Of a DNA stretch of 64,000 bases, positions 24,266-36,417 are shown piece after piece. The position numbers and the translations under genes are program-made. The notes beneath the pieces are model-generated. The model made no database searches. It saw only the letters and a program-made list of their open reading frames with translations, and had not been told where the DNA came from. The stretch lies in NCBI RefSeq assembly GCF_021028975.2, contig NC_059426.1, forward strand, positions 46,004,001 through 46,068,000, written 5' to 3'. How positions within the stretch are numbered: the stretch's first letter is position 1; every line of letters starts with the position of its first letter. The DNA is from Sphaerodactylus townsendi (Eukaryota).

Positions 24266-24463
24266 TGAACACATGAAGCTGCTTTATACTGAATCAGACT
24301 ATTGATACATCAAAGTCAGTACTATCAACTCAGACTGGACATGGATATGCAGAGTCTCATATTACCTATCATCTGATCCTTTTAACTGGTGATGCGGGGA
24401 TTGAACCTGGGACCTTCTGCAGACAAAGCAGAAGCTCTACCACTGAGCCATAGTTCTTTCCCC
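24266..24463 (-). mobile_element. tRNA-derived SINE (Squam2-like)
   Basis: Minus strand TGGCTCAGTGGTAGAGC (A box), GGTTCAATCC (B box), CR1-like tail GTCTGATTCAGTATAAAGCAGCTTCATGTGTTC. Confidence 0.85.
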
Positions 24464-24531
24464 CATCTAGATCTCCTTAGTTGTATTAGGACTCTATTTG
24501 GTTCACATCTGGCATTATCAGCTATGGATGG

Positions 24532-25437
24532 TGTAACGAAAGGGCCTATTATACTGCGCTGCCACCAAAATATAAATTTTTTCCTTATAGCCCACAAAAA
24601 CTGATTTTCACAGCCACTACCTCCCTTTCGTTTGGGGGAACACAGACACAGACAAAAATAGAGACTGGAACAGACAAAAACTTAAAACGTTTATTTTTTG
24701 CTTAACAGAGGCTTCTCAGGTAACTTTGAGAGGTTATTAGCGTGTTGGTTTCAGAGAAAGATTGCTTTAGCTTAAAGGTTGCAGATATGTTACTGGCACT
24801 TCACTTCAGTTACAAAACGAACATGAACACTTGCAGGTGTCACTTTGGTTAAGATTTTTCCTCATAAAAGATTCACTTTAGTAAGATGTTACTTTGGAGG
24901 TTTCACACTCCCTCTTAAGACAGACTTCAGTCCACTGTACCTCACCACAAAAATAAAACACCAAGTCTACGCCCTGTGGGATTCAGGCATAACAGCCTCC
25001 CTCTCCCACAATCCCAAATTTGGCCTCTCTGCCACAGGACTGGGGCCTCTCAAGACTTGTGTTAACTTGGAGGACAGACTTTTAGGCTTTTAAGAGGTTT
25101 CCCTCAAAAACACCTGAGGGCGGACTCTCTCCTCCAACTCAGGGTTTCAGATGTTTCAAATAGCTTCCTCAGCTATTACTAAATAACAGCAGTGAGAGAT
25201 CTGAGCGGATTCTCCTCACTCTGTTCACAAAAAGCACCCGAGGGCACACAAGCTCACACAGAGCCACAAAGTCAAAAAGACTCCAGGAACAAACCAAAGA
25301 ACCCCTCAGCACTCTTGCTGACTGTATTTATACTCCCTGCATATTTTTCTCTGGCCAATCAGGGCTGGCCAGGGCTTAACTCTTTCAGGGGCGGCTCCAC
25401 CCTGTAACCTGAATGCAGTATAAGTGCATTCGTCACA
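24532..25437 (-). mobile_element. Solo LTR (906 bp), probably Gypsy-type
   Basis: TGTAACGAA...TTCGTCACA inverted termini; perfect 5-bp TSD GATGG; GC box 25389-25394, CCAAT 25355-25359, minus-strand TATAAA 25327-25332 and AATAAA 24690-24695 in LTR order. Confidence 0.88.
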
Positions 25438-26156
25438 GATGGCAATATGAGAAGAAGGGAAACACAGAGTACTGGGATTTCAAGGTGCAAAGGTAAGTTC
25501 CATTGAATGTTATGGAATGGGAAAGAACTATTAGGGCTGTTGGCAGCAGTAGCTGTATGATATCTGCCTAGCTGCACAGTAACCATTTAGGTTAGGATGT
25601 ATGGTCCTGTTCTTAGCGCATACAAAATTTGACCAATAGATACTGTGTGCTCTCATGTTGCATGGGAGCAAGATTACAAAAGCCATTGCTGCTTATGTCT
25701 GCCCCTGTGGACTTTTATAAGGATAGGGAGGTTGGAGTGTGTTGTAAGCTATGGAACACAGTGGAATAAATTTAGCATAAAGGACACAATGTCTTTAATC
25801 CAGGACTGTATCATTAGACACAGTGGTTCTAAGCATATAAAATGAAGGATGAGTGATTAGCACCAAAGAAAAATATATGTTCTTACATATGCGGGCTTGG
25901 GCAGCAATGCACCAGGATGACCGCTGCACAATTTAGAAACTTGCAAAGTTCACATCCAGCACTATGGGCTTACTGTGGAATGGATTGTGTCCCAAGATAG
26001 CCTCTGAAAAGGGTGAATGGTCCAGCAACCAGTGCTGAAATACTGCAAAGTGTTCACCACTGTGTTCTTCTAGTGGCTTCCTCCACACAAAATTGGAGAT
26101 AACGAATAAAATATTTCAAAGCCCAGACCCCCTCTTTCAATCAGCAGCTTTACATG

Positions 26157-27009
26157 GGTGGATTCCACACAGTGTAAATATAATATATTTAAGACGCTTT
26201 AAAAGGATCGATTTTGGCATTTTGGGATGCCACTGCACAGGAGGACCGGAGCATTGCCAGGATCTTTTTTTCCTGCCTGCTGCACAGAGCTCTTGTCCGT
26301 TTCACAGTGGTGCCAGTCATTTTGTGTGCCGCAGCAGACTCTCCTTGCAGATTCCCCACAGAGGTTTGCTTTGCTTGCAGCTCAACTACATGTGATTTTG
26401 CTGTGAAAAGTAGATGAATAAAGTTTGTTTTGCCTAGCAATCCCATGCACGTGTCATTTTCCCTTTGTTTTGTTTTGAGGGGAATGTCTGCAAAGCTACG
26501 GTGACATAAATATGCACATATTTCAGCTTTTCTAATTGTGTTGCCATAGCTTTTGCAGACATCCCCTGAAAAGGAAAAAAAGGGGAAACAACAGATATGT
26601 GAGATCACTAGGCTCAACAAACTTTATTCATCTATCTTTTACAGCAAAATCATGCAAGGATGAGCTGCAAGTAGAGGAAACCTCTGTGAGGAACCTTCAT
26701 GGAGAATCTCTGTTGCAGCACGCAAAATGGCGGGCACAAGGGGCGAAAATGAAAGTGAGAGGTTCAGGTGGGAGAAATAAAGTGTTTCCTGCCTGCTTGT
26801 GTTCACTCAGCAGGTAGGAAACATCTTCAACCTGGGTTGGGCGGGGGGGCAGGGGATGATCTCTAGTTTAGTGATTTTTGAAAAACCCAGGCTGGGAGAA
26901 ATAAAATGGGCTGAAGTAGTTTTGGGGAAGAAAGCTGTGTGAAGTTCTTCCCCAAAATGCTTTTTATTACATCTGAAAGACGTTCTATTTATGCTGTGTG
27001 GAATCCACC
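26157..27009. mobile_element. Large foldback non-autonomous DNA transposon (PIF/Harbinger-like)
   Basis: TIR GGTGGATTCCACACAGTGTAAATA / TATTTATGCTGTGTGGAATCCACC; internal ~200-bp inverted arms centred near 26520. Confidence 0.8.
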
Positions 27010-27953
27010 ACTGATCAGAATGTGCTTTCACCTACTGTCATGTAGTAAACATCACAAGGACATAATTAGAAAATTGGGTACAATATTTAGCCCTCGTCCC
27101 TGTGTGCCAGAATTATTTAACTACGGAGGAATTGGAGCTCATTTGAATCCCTGTGTGTTCTGAAACGCAAACTTCAAAGAAAATGTTCTATCTCCCAACT
27201 CCAGCTCATGAGTATTTTGGAAATATAATACAGAAAGGCTTAACAATCCCTGCTGAGGAAAGGGCAATTTGACACCAAAAATCACTGTGAAACTGCGATT
27301 GAAACACTGGTAGACAAAAAGTGCTTATTAGATAAATACCACTAAGGTCTTGGAGCAAAATACACCCAAGTCATTTGGAAAAATTTGAGTTGGTCAAGGC
27401 CAAGTCAGCAGGAGGAGTTTTAACAATATGCACCACTCTGGATTTTCTCCCTTAATAGGTCCTTCTGGTCCTCTTACTGTATTTGCAAAACAAAAAATAT
27501 TTGGATTTGAAAATTTCTGGAAGCTGGCCTTTAAGCCCCAGAAATGATCACAATTATCTGTATCTTAATTTCATCACCAACTATTCAGCATAGCGGGCTA
27601 ATATACTTTGTACTTTTGCATATTGAAATGAGACTGCATGTCTGTACAGGGAAAACCTCTGTTTTCTTATCTGAATTTCCAATCTCCCATTAGAATATGA
27701 AATAAAAGCAGAAACAGGATGAATGCAAAAATTAAAGATATGAAAAATTATGAGGACAGTTAAGGCCTTTCTTACGTTTATTTTAATTGCATTTCTAAAC
27801 ATCAAAATTACAGTTGCATTAAAAAAATTTAGTGATTTTTTTTTTAAAAAATTGCCCTCTATACATATATTGCCACTATCTGGAGACAAGACTCTAAATG
27901 CTATGGGATTCTGAAACCCCCATTGTCAGGTTTTCCATGATGTCCACATAGAC

Positions 27954-28337
27954 CAGGGGTCGGCAACCCACAGCTCCAGAGCCGCATGCAGCTCTTTTGT
28001 CCTCGTACTGTGGCTCCGCAGCGATGATGGCAAGTTGCACTTGGGACACGGCGAGTGCACCTCCTTCCCCACCCCTCCTTCCTCCCTCCCTCCGGCGTCC
28101 TTTCCCCTCCTTCCCTCATCTGGCACCTGGGAAGGAGAGGAAAGGACACCGAAGGAAGGAAGGAGGGGGTGGGCAAGGAGGTGCGCTCGCCACGTCCCAA
28201 GTGCAACTTGCCGTTGTTGGTGTCGCCTCTACTGTCTATCCCGCCCGCTTGGCTGAAGGCAGGGCTTGGGGAGGCCAGGGTGGGGCTTGGGGAGGCGGGG
28301 CCAAATGGCTTTGGGTGCTAAAGGTTGCCAACCCCTG
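27954..28337. mobile_element. Non-autonomous hAT (Charlie/Buster-like) element with internal hairpin
   Basis: TIR CAGGGGTCGGCAACC / GGTTGCCAACCCCTG; TSD ACATAGAC / ACAGAGAT; inverted repeat 28029-28212. Confidence 0.88.
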
Positions 28338-28911
28338 ACAGAGATCTAGTCACACTATTTGTGACCAGCATGCTCACTGTGTACGTTGTTGTTTGCAGTG
28401 CACACCCTGAAGTGTGTACATTGCCAAGCACTCAGAAACATGGGACATAAGCCAAGGAGATGCAAGTGACATGTATTTCCCTGGTGAACATCCACCACGT
28501 GTCCTGGGCAATTGTGCAGCAATTACTTAAGCACCTGGAACATTTATGCCCCTCTGCTTTGATGGTCTTTAATGAGAAAAGCACTGGTTTTCAACCTGTT
28601 CCTTTGAGTGAATGGAAGCTTATGTTTTGCTATTTATATTTATTAGAACTTTTACATCCTACTTCCCCTCCCCAACAGCCTGGATTTTATAATTCTGAGG
28701 AGTATGAGCTAACAGTAAATTATAAAAATGCTATATTAATTATATGTCCACATCTCATGATTTCTCAAGCCATCTCACAGTTTTGAAAGGGTACAGTCAT
28801 GTGTGTTTGTTTCTTTTGACCGTCAAGTGCCTAATTGCAGTTTTTACACTGTGACCTTTTATACGTTTTAATGTTCTTTTAGTTGCATTGTTTAAACCTT
28901 TTCATCATTTT

Positions 28912-29515
28912 GCAGAGTCAGTGTGGTATAGCGGTTAAGAGTGTCAGACTAGTAACTAAGGCTCATTCCGCACACGCAGAATAATGCACTTTCAAGCTGC
29001 TTTCAGGGCTCTTTGAAGCTGTGCGGAATGGCAAAAACAGTTGTGAAAGCAGCTTGAAAGTGCATTATTTTGCGTGTGCGGAATGAGCCTAAGAGACCCA
29101 CATTCGAATCCCCACTGATGCCATGAAAACTCGCTGGGTGACCTTGGACCAGCCATAACCTACCTCACAGGGTTGTTGTGAGGATGAATTGGAGAAGCAA
29201 AGGCGAGGAACAAATAAAGCAAGTAAATACATAATTGTGTTTTTAATTTTTTTAAATATCGTAAACCACCTTGAGTTTTGCAACAGAGAAAAGCAAGGGA
29301 GAAAAGTCACTGAGTATCTTTGGGCCAGTAATAATCTCTCAGCCTAGCCTACCTTACAGGGTTTTTGTGAAGATGAAATGGCGAAGCAAAGGTGGTGTAA
29401 GCTGCTTTGGGGAAGAAGGTGAGGGACAGATGAAGTAAATAAATAATTGTGTTTAATTTTTTTTTAATATTGTAAGGCACCTTGGGTTCTGCAAGGGATA
29501 AAGACAGCTAATAAA
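28912..29515 (+). mobile_element. Older tRNA/CORE SINE, interrupted by a MITE, 3' half duplicated in tandem
   Basis: GTGTGGTATAGCGG head, ATTCGAATCC B-box-like site after the MITE, CORE GCTGGGTGACCTTGG; 29135-29305 resembles 29310-29515. Confidence 0.7.
28960..29089. mobile_element. Young PIF/Harbinger-like (Tourist-type) MITE
   Basis: Long TIR GGCTCATTCCGCACACGCAGAATAATGCACTTTCAAGCTGCTTTCA and its reverse complement; 3-bp TSD TAA. Confidence 0.9.
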
Positions 29516-29770
29516 AGGTTTTGATAATTATGATGATAATGATAAATGTATTGATTTTTTTAACCACTTTGGGATTTCAGTGCTAGTAACATAATTGTAT
29601 CTGACCTGATAACTATAGTCATCCTTGTTTAATCAACTCATGTATGTATTAACAACAAAAACATGTAATTAAGTGGTGCAATCCCATGGCACATTTCCAT
29701 TGTGCCCTGTTGAGTTGAACTGGTCCCCTTGCCTAGAAACCATGCATGTTTGTATTAAGACTCTCATTTG

Positions 29771-30415
29771 CAGAGGCATACGGGATCCAAATTGCACCTG
29801 GAGACAAAACCTCCTGCGGGCGCCCCCATCCCTGCCCTGCAGCCAGGCTCAAACCCTGCTGCTGGCTCCTGCAGGGAAACTGGCTGCAGGGAACCTGGGA
29901 TGGCGGAACACCCCCCCCACCTGCGGAGCGTGCCGAGTTGGGCCTCCCTCAGCCCTGCCCAGGACCATAGCTGGGCAGGATTGAACCCAGGGTGCACTCC
30001 ATGCTTTCCACCACTTTTACAGCTACCCTGTTTCCCCGAATATAAGACATCCCCGGAAAATAAGACGTAGTAGAGGTTTTGCTGAAGTACGAAATATAAG
30101 GCATCCCCCAAAAGTAAGACTTAGCAAAGTTTTTGTTTGGAAGCATGCCTGACGAACAGAATACAGAAATATAAGACATCCCCTCAAAATAAGACATAGT
30201 GCATCTTTGGGAGCAAAAATTAATATAAGACACTGTCTTATATTCGGGGAAACATGGTAGCAGAAAACAGCTTTCCAGCTGGCAGAAAATGGGCCAGGCT
30301 GGTGGGGCAGGGTCATGCCTGTTGAGGCAGTGCAGGGGCAGGAGTGGGGGCTTGCCAGATCTGCTTGCCAGATCAGCTTGCTCCTGTACCATTTCAACTT
30401 CAAATCGGTTGCTGC
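29771..30415. mobile_element. GC-rich probable hAT derivative hosting the Tc2-like MITE
   Basis: Begins CAGAGGCATA like the 48702 TIR; GC-rich body; right end unresolved. Confidence 0.35.
30026..30257. mobile_element. Tc2/pogo-like MITE
   Basis: TIR CCCTGTTTCCCCGAATATAAGACA / TGTCTTATATTCGGGGAAACATGG; TA TSD; repeated ATAAGAC subterminal motifs. Confidence 0.9.
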
Positions 30416-31273
30416 GCAGGAACAATCTTCACTGTGCTTCTTGTATTAGAAGGTGTGAATTATTGTTTGGCAAGAGACCCACCTTTCACATCATAACTCT
30501 GAAGTAAGCCCGTTTTTACTTGTCTTCTGAGAAAACTTTATATCCAAGTCACACTTCACAGTTCTGAGAAATCCACCCAACTGGTAGTTAACCAGCATAA
30601 GCATAAAGGCCAGCATAAAGGTGTAATGGTTAACTGGCAGAATTAAATCTAGTGAACTGAGTTTGTTTCCCACTCCTCCACACGAAGCCTCTTAGAACGC
30701 TCTTAGCCTCACAAGGTGCCTGTTTTGGGGACAGAAAGGAGAAGAACTTTGTAACCTGCTTTGAGACTTCTTATGGTTGAGAAAAGTGTAGTATAAATCT
30801 GAACTCTTCTTCTAAAGTGAGGATTCTACATTCTCTGGACAACTTTGACATTTCTCTTCCACAGTCCATCAGGCACAGAATAGTTTGAAAACAGAGTTGC
30901 TGTGACTCTAACATGCTTAGCTTTTCCCAGAGTTTGATTTTGAGCTTGCCTTGTTATTTTTTACAAATGCAGCCTGGAAATTAAACAGGATGCTTTTTCC
31001 TTACAGTTTCAAAATAACTGTCAATGAACAACAGTTTTGGGCGATTGTGCCGGTGACGTGTTACACACTGAGCGGCTGTCAGAATGAAAAGGTACAGTAA
31101 ACTCCAGATAATTCCATTTAATTTGACTCCATAGAGCTTTGGTTCAGGACAGGAAAAGTATGCCCTTTCACCGCTTTTAGGTTTAACATCCTGGTGGTAT
31201 AGCTCCAGAGAGGAATTTCACTCATGAAATCCTGTGAGCAACAACACTGAGGAGAATGTATGTATACAATTGT

Positions 31274-31436
31274 NNNNNNNNNNNNNNNNNNNNNNNNNNN
31301 NNNNNNNNNNNNNNNNNNNNNNNNNNNNNNNNNNNNNNNNNNNNNNNNNNNNNNNNNNNNNNNNNNNNNNNNNNNNNNNNNNNNNNNNNNNNNNNNNNNN
31401 NNNNNNNNNNNNNNNNNNNNNNNNNNNNNNNNNNNN
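31274..31436. other. Assembly gap
   Basis: Run of N. Confidence 1.
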
Positions 31437-31967
31437 CATTTATGTAAAGAGGAAACTATGGGTATCATTAAAAAGTAGGAGATTCTCTATGGGAGGAACA
31501 TTATCATTATCAACCTCATTTTTAAACTAAAGAGGGAGAGAGAACGGCCTTGGAAGTATCATTTGAGGCACAGAAAGCCCTGAGTCTTCTCTTCTGATGT
31601 TCAAAAACAATTACAGCCACAACAAAAAGTTTGAGGTGAGAGGAACTCTTGATTGATTCTGACTTTGGGAAGCTGAGAGCAAAGGCATGGAAATGGTAAT
31701 TCTTTTTTCACAGCATTTAATGTGTGGGTAAAAAAAAAGTACAGATGTTTCTAAAGAACCTAGTCAGGTTCACATGCAGAACAAGAATGCCAAGTCCTGC
31801 CAAATCAACAATACAATTCTATGCATGTGTACTAAGAAACACTGAGAATTGAGGTCAGTGGAACTTATTGCTAAGTAGGGAAGGCTGGATTGAAGGACAA
31901 AACATACTGTGGAAGACCTTATGGGTTCCATGATACAGGCAGGCAAGTATATGAAAAGAAGTCTATT

Positions 31968-32189
31968 GGAGAGGGCTGTGGCACAGTGGTAGGGCATCTG
32001 CTTGACATGTGGAAGGTGACGGTTCCATGTTCAACCCCCAGGATCTCCAGTTTAAAAAGATCAAGGCAGTAAGGTGAGATCAAAGTCTTTACCTGAGACC
32101 TTGGAAAACTGCTGCCAGTCCAGGCAGATAATACTAACCTTGATGAATCAAAGGTCTGATTCAGAATAAGGCAGTTTCACGTGTTTATG
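31968..32189 (+). mobile_element. tRNA-derived SINE (Squam2-like)
   Basis: GGGCTGTGGCACAGTGGTAG head, TGTTCAACCCC B-box-like site, tail GGTCTGATTCAGAATAAGGCAGTTTC. Confidence 0.85.
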
Positions 32190-32684
32190 CTACTCAGAAT
32201 TGAATATCAGTGGGTCCTGAAAGCTACTGATGCAAAGGACAGTGTTCCATTTCTTGCTCCCCTGGGTGCCTTCACCATCAAATGGCCCACCAATAACTTA
32301 GACTTTCCTATATGTTTTCTAAAGCCCATGACAAAGTGAGGTATATATTATTACCTCTTCTAATTTATAAATGAATGTCAGGTGCTATGTGCCAAAGTTG
32401 GCCTGCTTCCGTTGTTTGCAACATTTGGCACGTGTTATTGTAGAATATAGGAACTTGGTCATGCGTATTGCAAAGTTGTGTTTGAAGCTGAATGGGAAAG
32501 CGTCCATCTGAGTGTCCAGATATGCTTTGTGCTGCTTATGCAGCTGATACATTTAAAAAATCCCACCTATTTTGACAGGGCCACCTTAATGCTGGAACTC
32601 AGCACTGGTGATAACTATTCAAAGAACGTAGCCAATACAACTGAACAGATGATTGAGCAGAAAGCAGGAGAAGGTAGTTTCATA

Positions 32685-32800
32685 TGGTGGCTGTGTTGGT
32701 CTGCACTGGAAGAGTTAGTTTCAAGTCCAGTTGTACCTTAAAGACCAACAAGATTTTACGCTATAGGCTTTCAAGAGTTAAAACTCCCTTCATCAGATAC
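32685..32800 (-). mobile_element. Penelope-like terminus with minimal hammerhead ribozyme motif
   Basis: Minus strand GTAT-CTGATGA-AGGGAG-TTTTAA-CTCTT-GAAA-GCCT-ATAG then TTGTTGGTCTTTAAGGTAC...CAGACCAACACAGCCACC. Confidence 0.78.
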
Positions 32801-33737
32801 AAATTGGAAAGGAAAGATGGGGAGACCAAAGAGAGATCTTCCTCAAATTGGAGAGGGGGGGGACCCCCAGCATGTGATCTTTCTGGCAGAATTAGTTTCA
32901 GTTTGGATGGGCATACAATTGTGCTCAAGGGGCAGCAGAAATCACTGTTTTATGCTAAATATGTTGCACAGGTGGCTCAGTGGTAAGAGAGACCTGAACA
33001 TTGAAAACAAAGAGGCATCTGCTGCCTGAGGGGACTAGCTGTGTACTGGAAAATGCTGTGTTTTGGTCCCTCTTGGGATCGCTGCCAGCTGCCGCTGCTT
33101 TGCAGCATTCTATTCAAGGAGAAACTGGTTGGTGTTTTGGATGGGGGATAGGTATGATATCTCTCCTTGAATTAGTAGAGAATTTATGTACCACAGTGAG
33201 ATCTTGACGAATGTCTGTTTAAGGGGTGTGTGTGTGTGTGTGTGTGTGTGTAAGTAATTCTAGTATGACAATGCCAGTGATGGATTACACTCTGAACTGC
33301 TTGGAGTTTTCTATCTCTGCTAAACAAATAAAAAGGTTGCCTCCAACAATGCTGGAATTAAGTTTAGTGTCTTGGGTATCCAGTTCTTGACAAATCTGAA
33401 AATAACCAAAGTTCTGTAAAAAAATTCTTCAGCTCCCAAGGCACTAAGAAAAAGAACGGCACAGTGCTGGAGAAAATGGCCAGAAGACTGATTCAGTAAT
33501 ATTTGAAGTAAAGGTCTGGAGAAGAGTGAAAGGGACTCTTCCTGATTGCCTGTCATTTGTATGCACTTGCTTAGTGTACTGTGCAAAAAATGTGTATCTT
33601 TGAGCAGTCTGATCTGGTGAAATCAGAATATTAGTTTATATCACTTTGTTGGAACTACATGAAAAGTATATTGAAACTGACCAGCGCTACACCCCACATA
33701 TGACCATAGCTGTATACTTTTGAATAGAACTTCGGCT

Positions 33738-33935
33738 TAGGGATGCCAACTCCAGATTGGGAAATACCTGGAGATTTTAGGGATGGAGCCTGAGGAGGGC
33801 GGGGTTTGGGGGGAAGGGAGGGATTTCAATGTGGCATAATACCATAGAGTTTACCTCCCAAAGCCATTTTCTCAAGTTAAACTGATATCTGTTGCCTGGA
33901 GATCTGTTGTAGTTCCAGTAGATCTCCAGCCACTA
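33738..33935. mobile_element. hAT MITE, TAGGGTTGCCA family
   Basis: TAGGGATGCCAACTCCAG start; colinear with the 13884 copy. Confidence 0.85.
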
Positions 33936-34316
33936 CTTCAAATCATAAAGTGTTTTGTAGCATAAAAGTTTGTAGAATGTATACAAGAGACTTTGATAAC
34001 ATGGTGCAACCATGGTGACAATGGTAACACTCAATTGTATATAGGGAACAGTCAGTAAGATCTCCAAGCTAAGAGAGGAAATGTTGGATTACTTTGAGCA
34101 GATGAACAATCACTGTGCTTGAACAACGTGTAGAGGAGATACGCCTCTGAATGGTTGAATAGGTTCTTTTCAGATGGGCCTATTTTAGGTTTGAAAGCTC
34201 TCTAGGCACATAGCCTATTCCATCCATGTGGAAATCATGTAGAAACCAAGGTCCCCTATTAAGTATACAGAGTTCAGGCACATTCGTCTCTGTTCAGACA
34301 GTGACAGAGCCTATGG

Positions 34317-34468
34317 TAGTGGTGGCGAACCTATGGCACTCCAGATGTTCATGGACTACAATTCCCATCAGCCCCTGCCAGCCATTGGCCAATTGGCCAT
34401 GCTGGCAGGGGCTGATGGGAATTATGGTCCATGAACATCTGGAGTGCCATAGGTTCGCCACCACGGCT
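34317..34468. mobile_element. Near-perfect palindromic hAT MITE
   Basis: TAGTGGTGGCGAACCTATGG ... CCATAGGTTCGCCACCACGG; TSD GCCTATGG at 34309-34316 and 34469-34476. Confidence 0.92.
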
Positions 34469-34479
34469 GCCTATGGCCT

Positions 34480-34850
34480 ATATGCGAGGAAGTATCCAGA
34501 CAGAACTATGGTAGAATATGCATCTGCATATTCATTGAGCTATTTACTACCATCCCAAGATCCCTTTCTTGGTCTGTTATATCAGCTGAGACCCCATCAG
34601 TATATGTGAAGTTGGAGTTTTTTGTACCACTTTACACTTGCTCCCATTGACTCTCATTTGCCATTTCAATGCCCATTCCCCCAGTTTGAAGAGATCCTTC
34701 CCAATCCATTTTAGCTTTAATCACCCTGAATAATTTGATATCATCTGCAAACTTGGCTACCTCACTACTTAACCCTAACTCTAGGACATAAATAACTCTA
34801 GGATAAATAAGTTGAAAAGCATCAATTCATGACAGACCATGAATAGGAGC
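34480..34850 (-). mobile_element. CR1 LINE RT fragment
   Basis: Minus-strand translation near 34725-34770 gives SEVAKFADDIKLFRV (CR1 FADD motif). Confidence 0.8.
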
Positions 34851-36417
34851 CCACTCAGAACTCATTTTAATTGCTACTTATGCTGCCTTGTGCCTGGGAC
34901 TACGTGGGCATTAAAATCTCCACAGTAGGTAGCTCATAAGTTGTTTTTGGTTTAATGGGTCATGAGCTGCGCAGACCTGAATGACATACTGTAGAAAAAT
35001 TCACTGAAATAAATTATGATCAATTGAAAGAATGAAGCAAGAAGCTGACCCCTTCCACCAGTTAACAGGTGGAGAACCCTGAGTAAGTTCACAGCCACTC
35101 TCAATTTGGCACCACTGATAAAATGAAAAAAATTCTGAAGGTCAGAATGTTTGGACGTTAATGATTAGTGACTACTTTCCTACAGGCTGGTGACATAAAA
35201 TACCTGGCAACAGGTGACATCTTTGGTCATGGCCTCTTCTCACTCATCCAAAGTGATACTGCACCTTTACAGAAGTGTTTACAGAACAGCCGGATTCCAT
35301 GACAGCTACCCTGAAGGGTGTCATAGTCGCTCTCTTCCCTGTAGAAATGTGCACCAGTCACTAACTTTGTTTACATGTCAGTCACACAGCACATTAGGCA
35401 ATCTTCCGGCCTGCCAGTTCAGCCCTGCCCACCACTAAACCAAGTGTCATCAGAAAAAATCGTAACACTCTGAATTAAGGGGTCTAAAAAGAGAGTGAGA
35501 TTACACAGCAGTCAACCTGCAAGTGGACTTCCAAGTCAAAGAGGCATGGTCTGCATTTCAAGGGTCTATCATTGAACCATCCCTCATGGAATTAATTGGC
35601 TTTGACTTGTTTATGTTGTTTAGCACCTGTGCCAAGTGGATGTCAGACTTTTGCATTTGATTTGTATATATAGGATGGTTTACAGGAGGATAAAGCTAGG
35701 GGCTGTTGTTCTTATAGCACAACGTTAGAATCTGTGTGAGGGTGTTACCATGGCTGAATAGGATGTAGTCTTGGCTGTGGCTGGAATGCGCATTATTACT
35801 GCGTAAGTGAGAAGACTGATAGTTGTAAACATGTTAACTGCTTAAATGCAATCTTTAGAACTACCCAGGGCTTTTCTTCACACAGAATGAAAAATTTAAT
35901 GAGAAGGCTCAGCAAAACATTGAAAATCCACCTTTATATATCCGTTGCTTCTGTTCATATGCTTTTTTTTTCCTTCAGAAGAATCCGGAGAAGTTTGGTA
36001 GCTTGTACTCTTTCAATATCTGATTTGGGTGATATCTAGGATTACTTGTCACAAACAGCAGCTGAGGCAATCAATCCACTGATTACATGGGACACAATTC
36101 TTAGTGATGAGATAAAAGTACTACCGTTGGCAGTACTATATGATAAGGCATCACAAGGCCCCATTTCATAATGGTTAAATATGTTGGACAGATGCCATCC
36201 TCTAGCCTTACCAGCTCTGTGTCTCTTGTATATACATGAGTGTATTTATCAGCAGTATGCCCACATAACAAGGATTAGAGGCAAGTTCCAGTTTTAGCAG
36301 CTGCTACACTAACTATGGTGGGTTCAATCACACTGAAATGAAGTTAACCAACAACAGATGGTTTAATGAGGAACTTGCGACCACCAAGAGACTGCTAAAT
36401 AATGTGTTATTATGAGA

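Noticed and set aside
24390-24463. tRNA gene (also 9393, 28915 and 31970)
   Set aside because: A/B boxes are SINE heads continuous with SINE bodies; no intact cloverleaf
30026-30257. CRISPR-like array of spaced ATAAGAC repeats
   Set aside because: Repeats are short, irregular subterminal motifs inside a TA-flanked TIR element; vertebrate context, no cas genes
34317-34468. Bona fide miRNA gene
   Set aside because: The hairpin is fully explained by a palindromic MITE with TSD; no expression evidence
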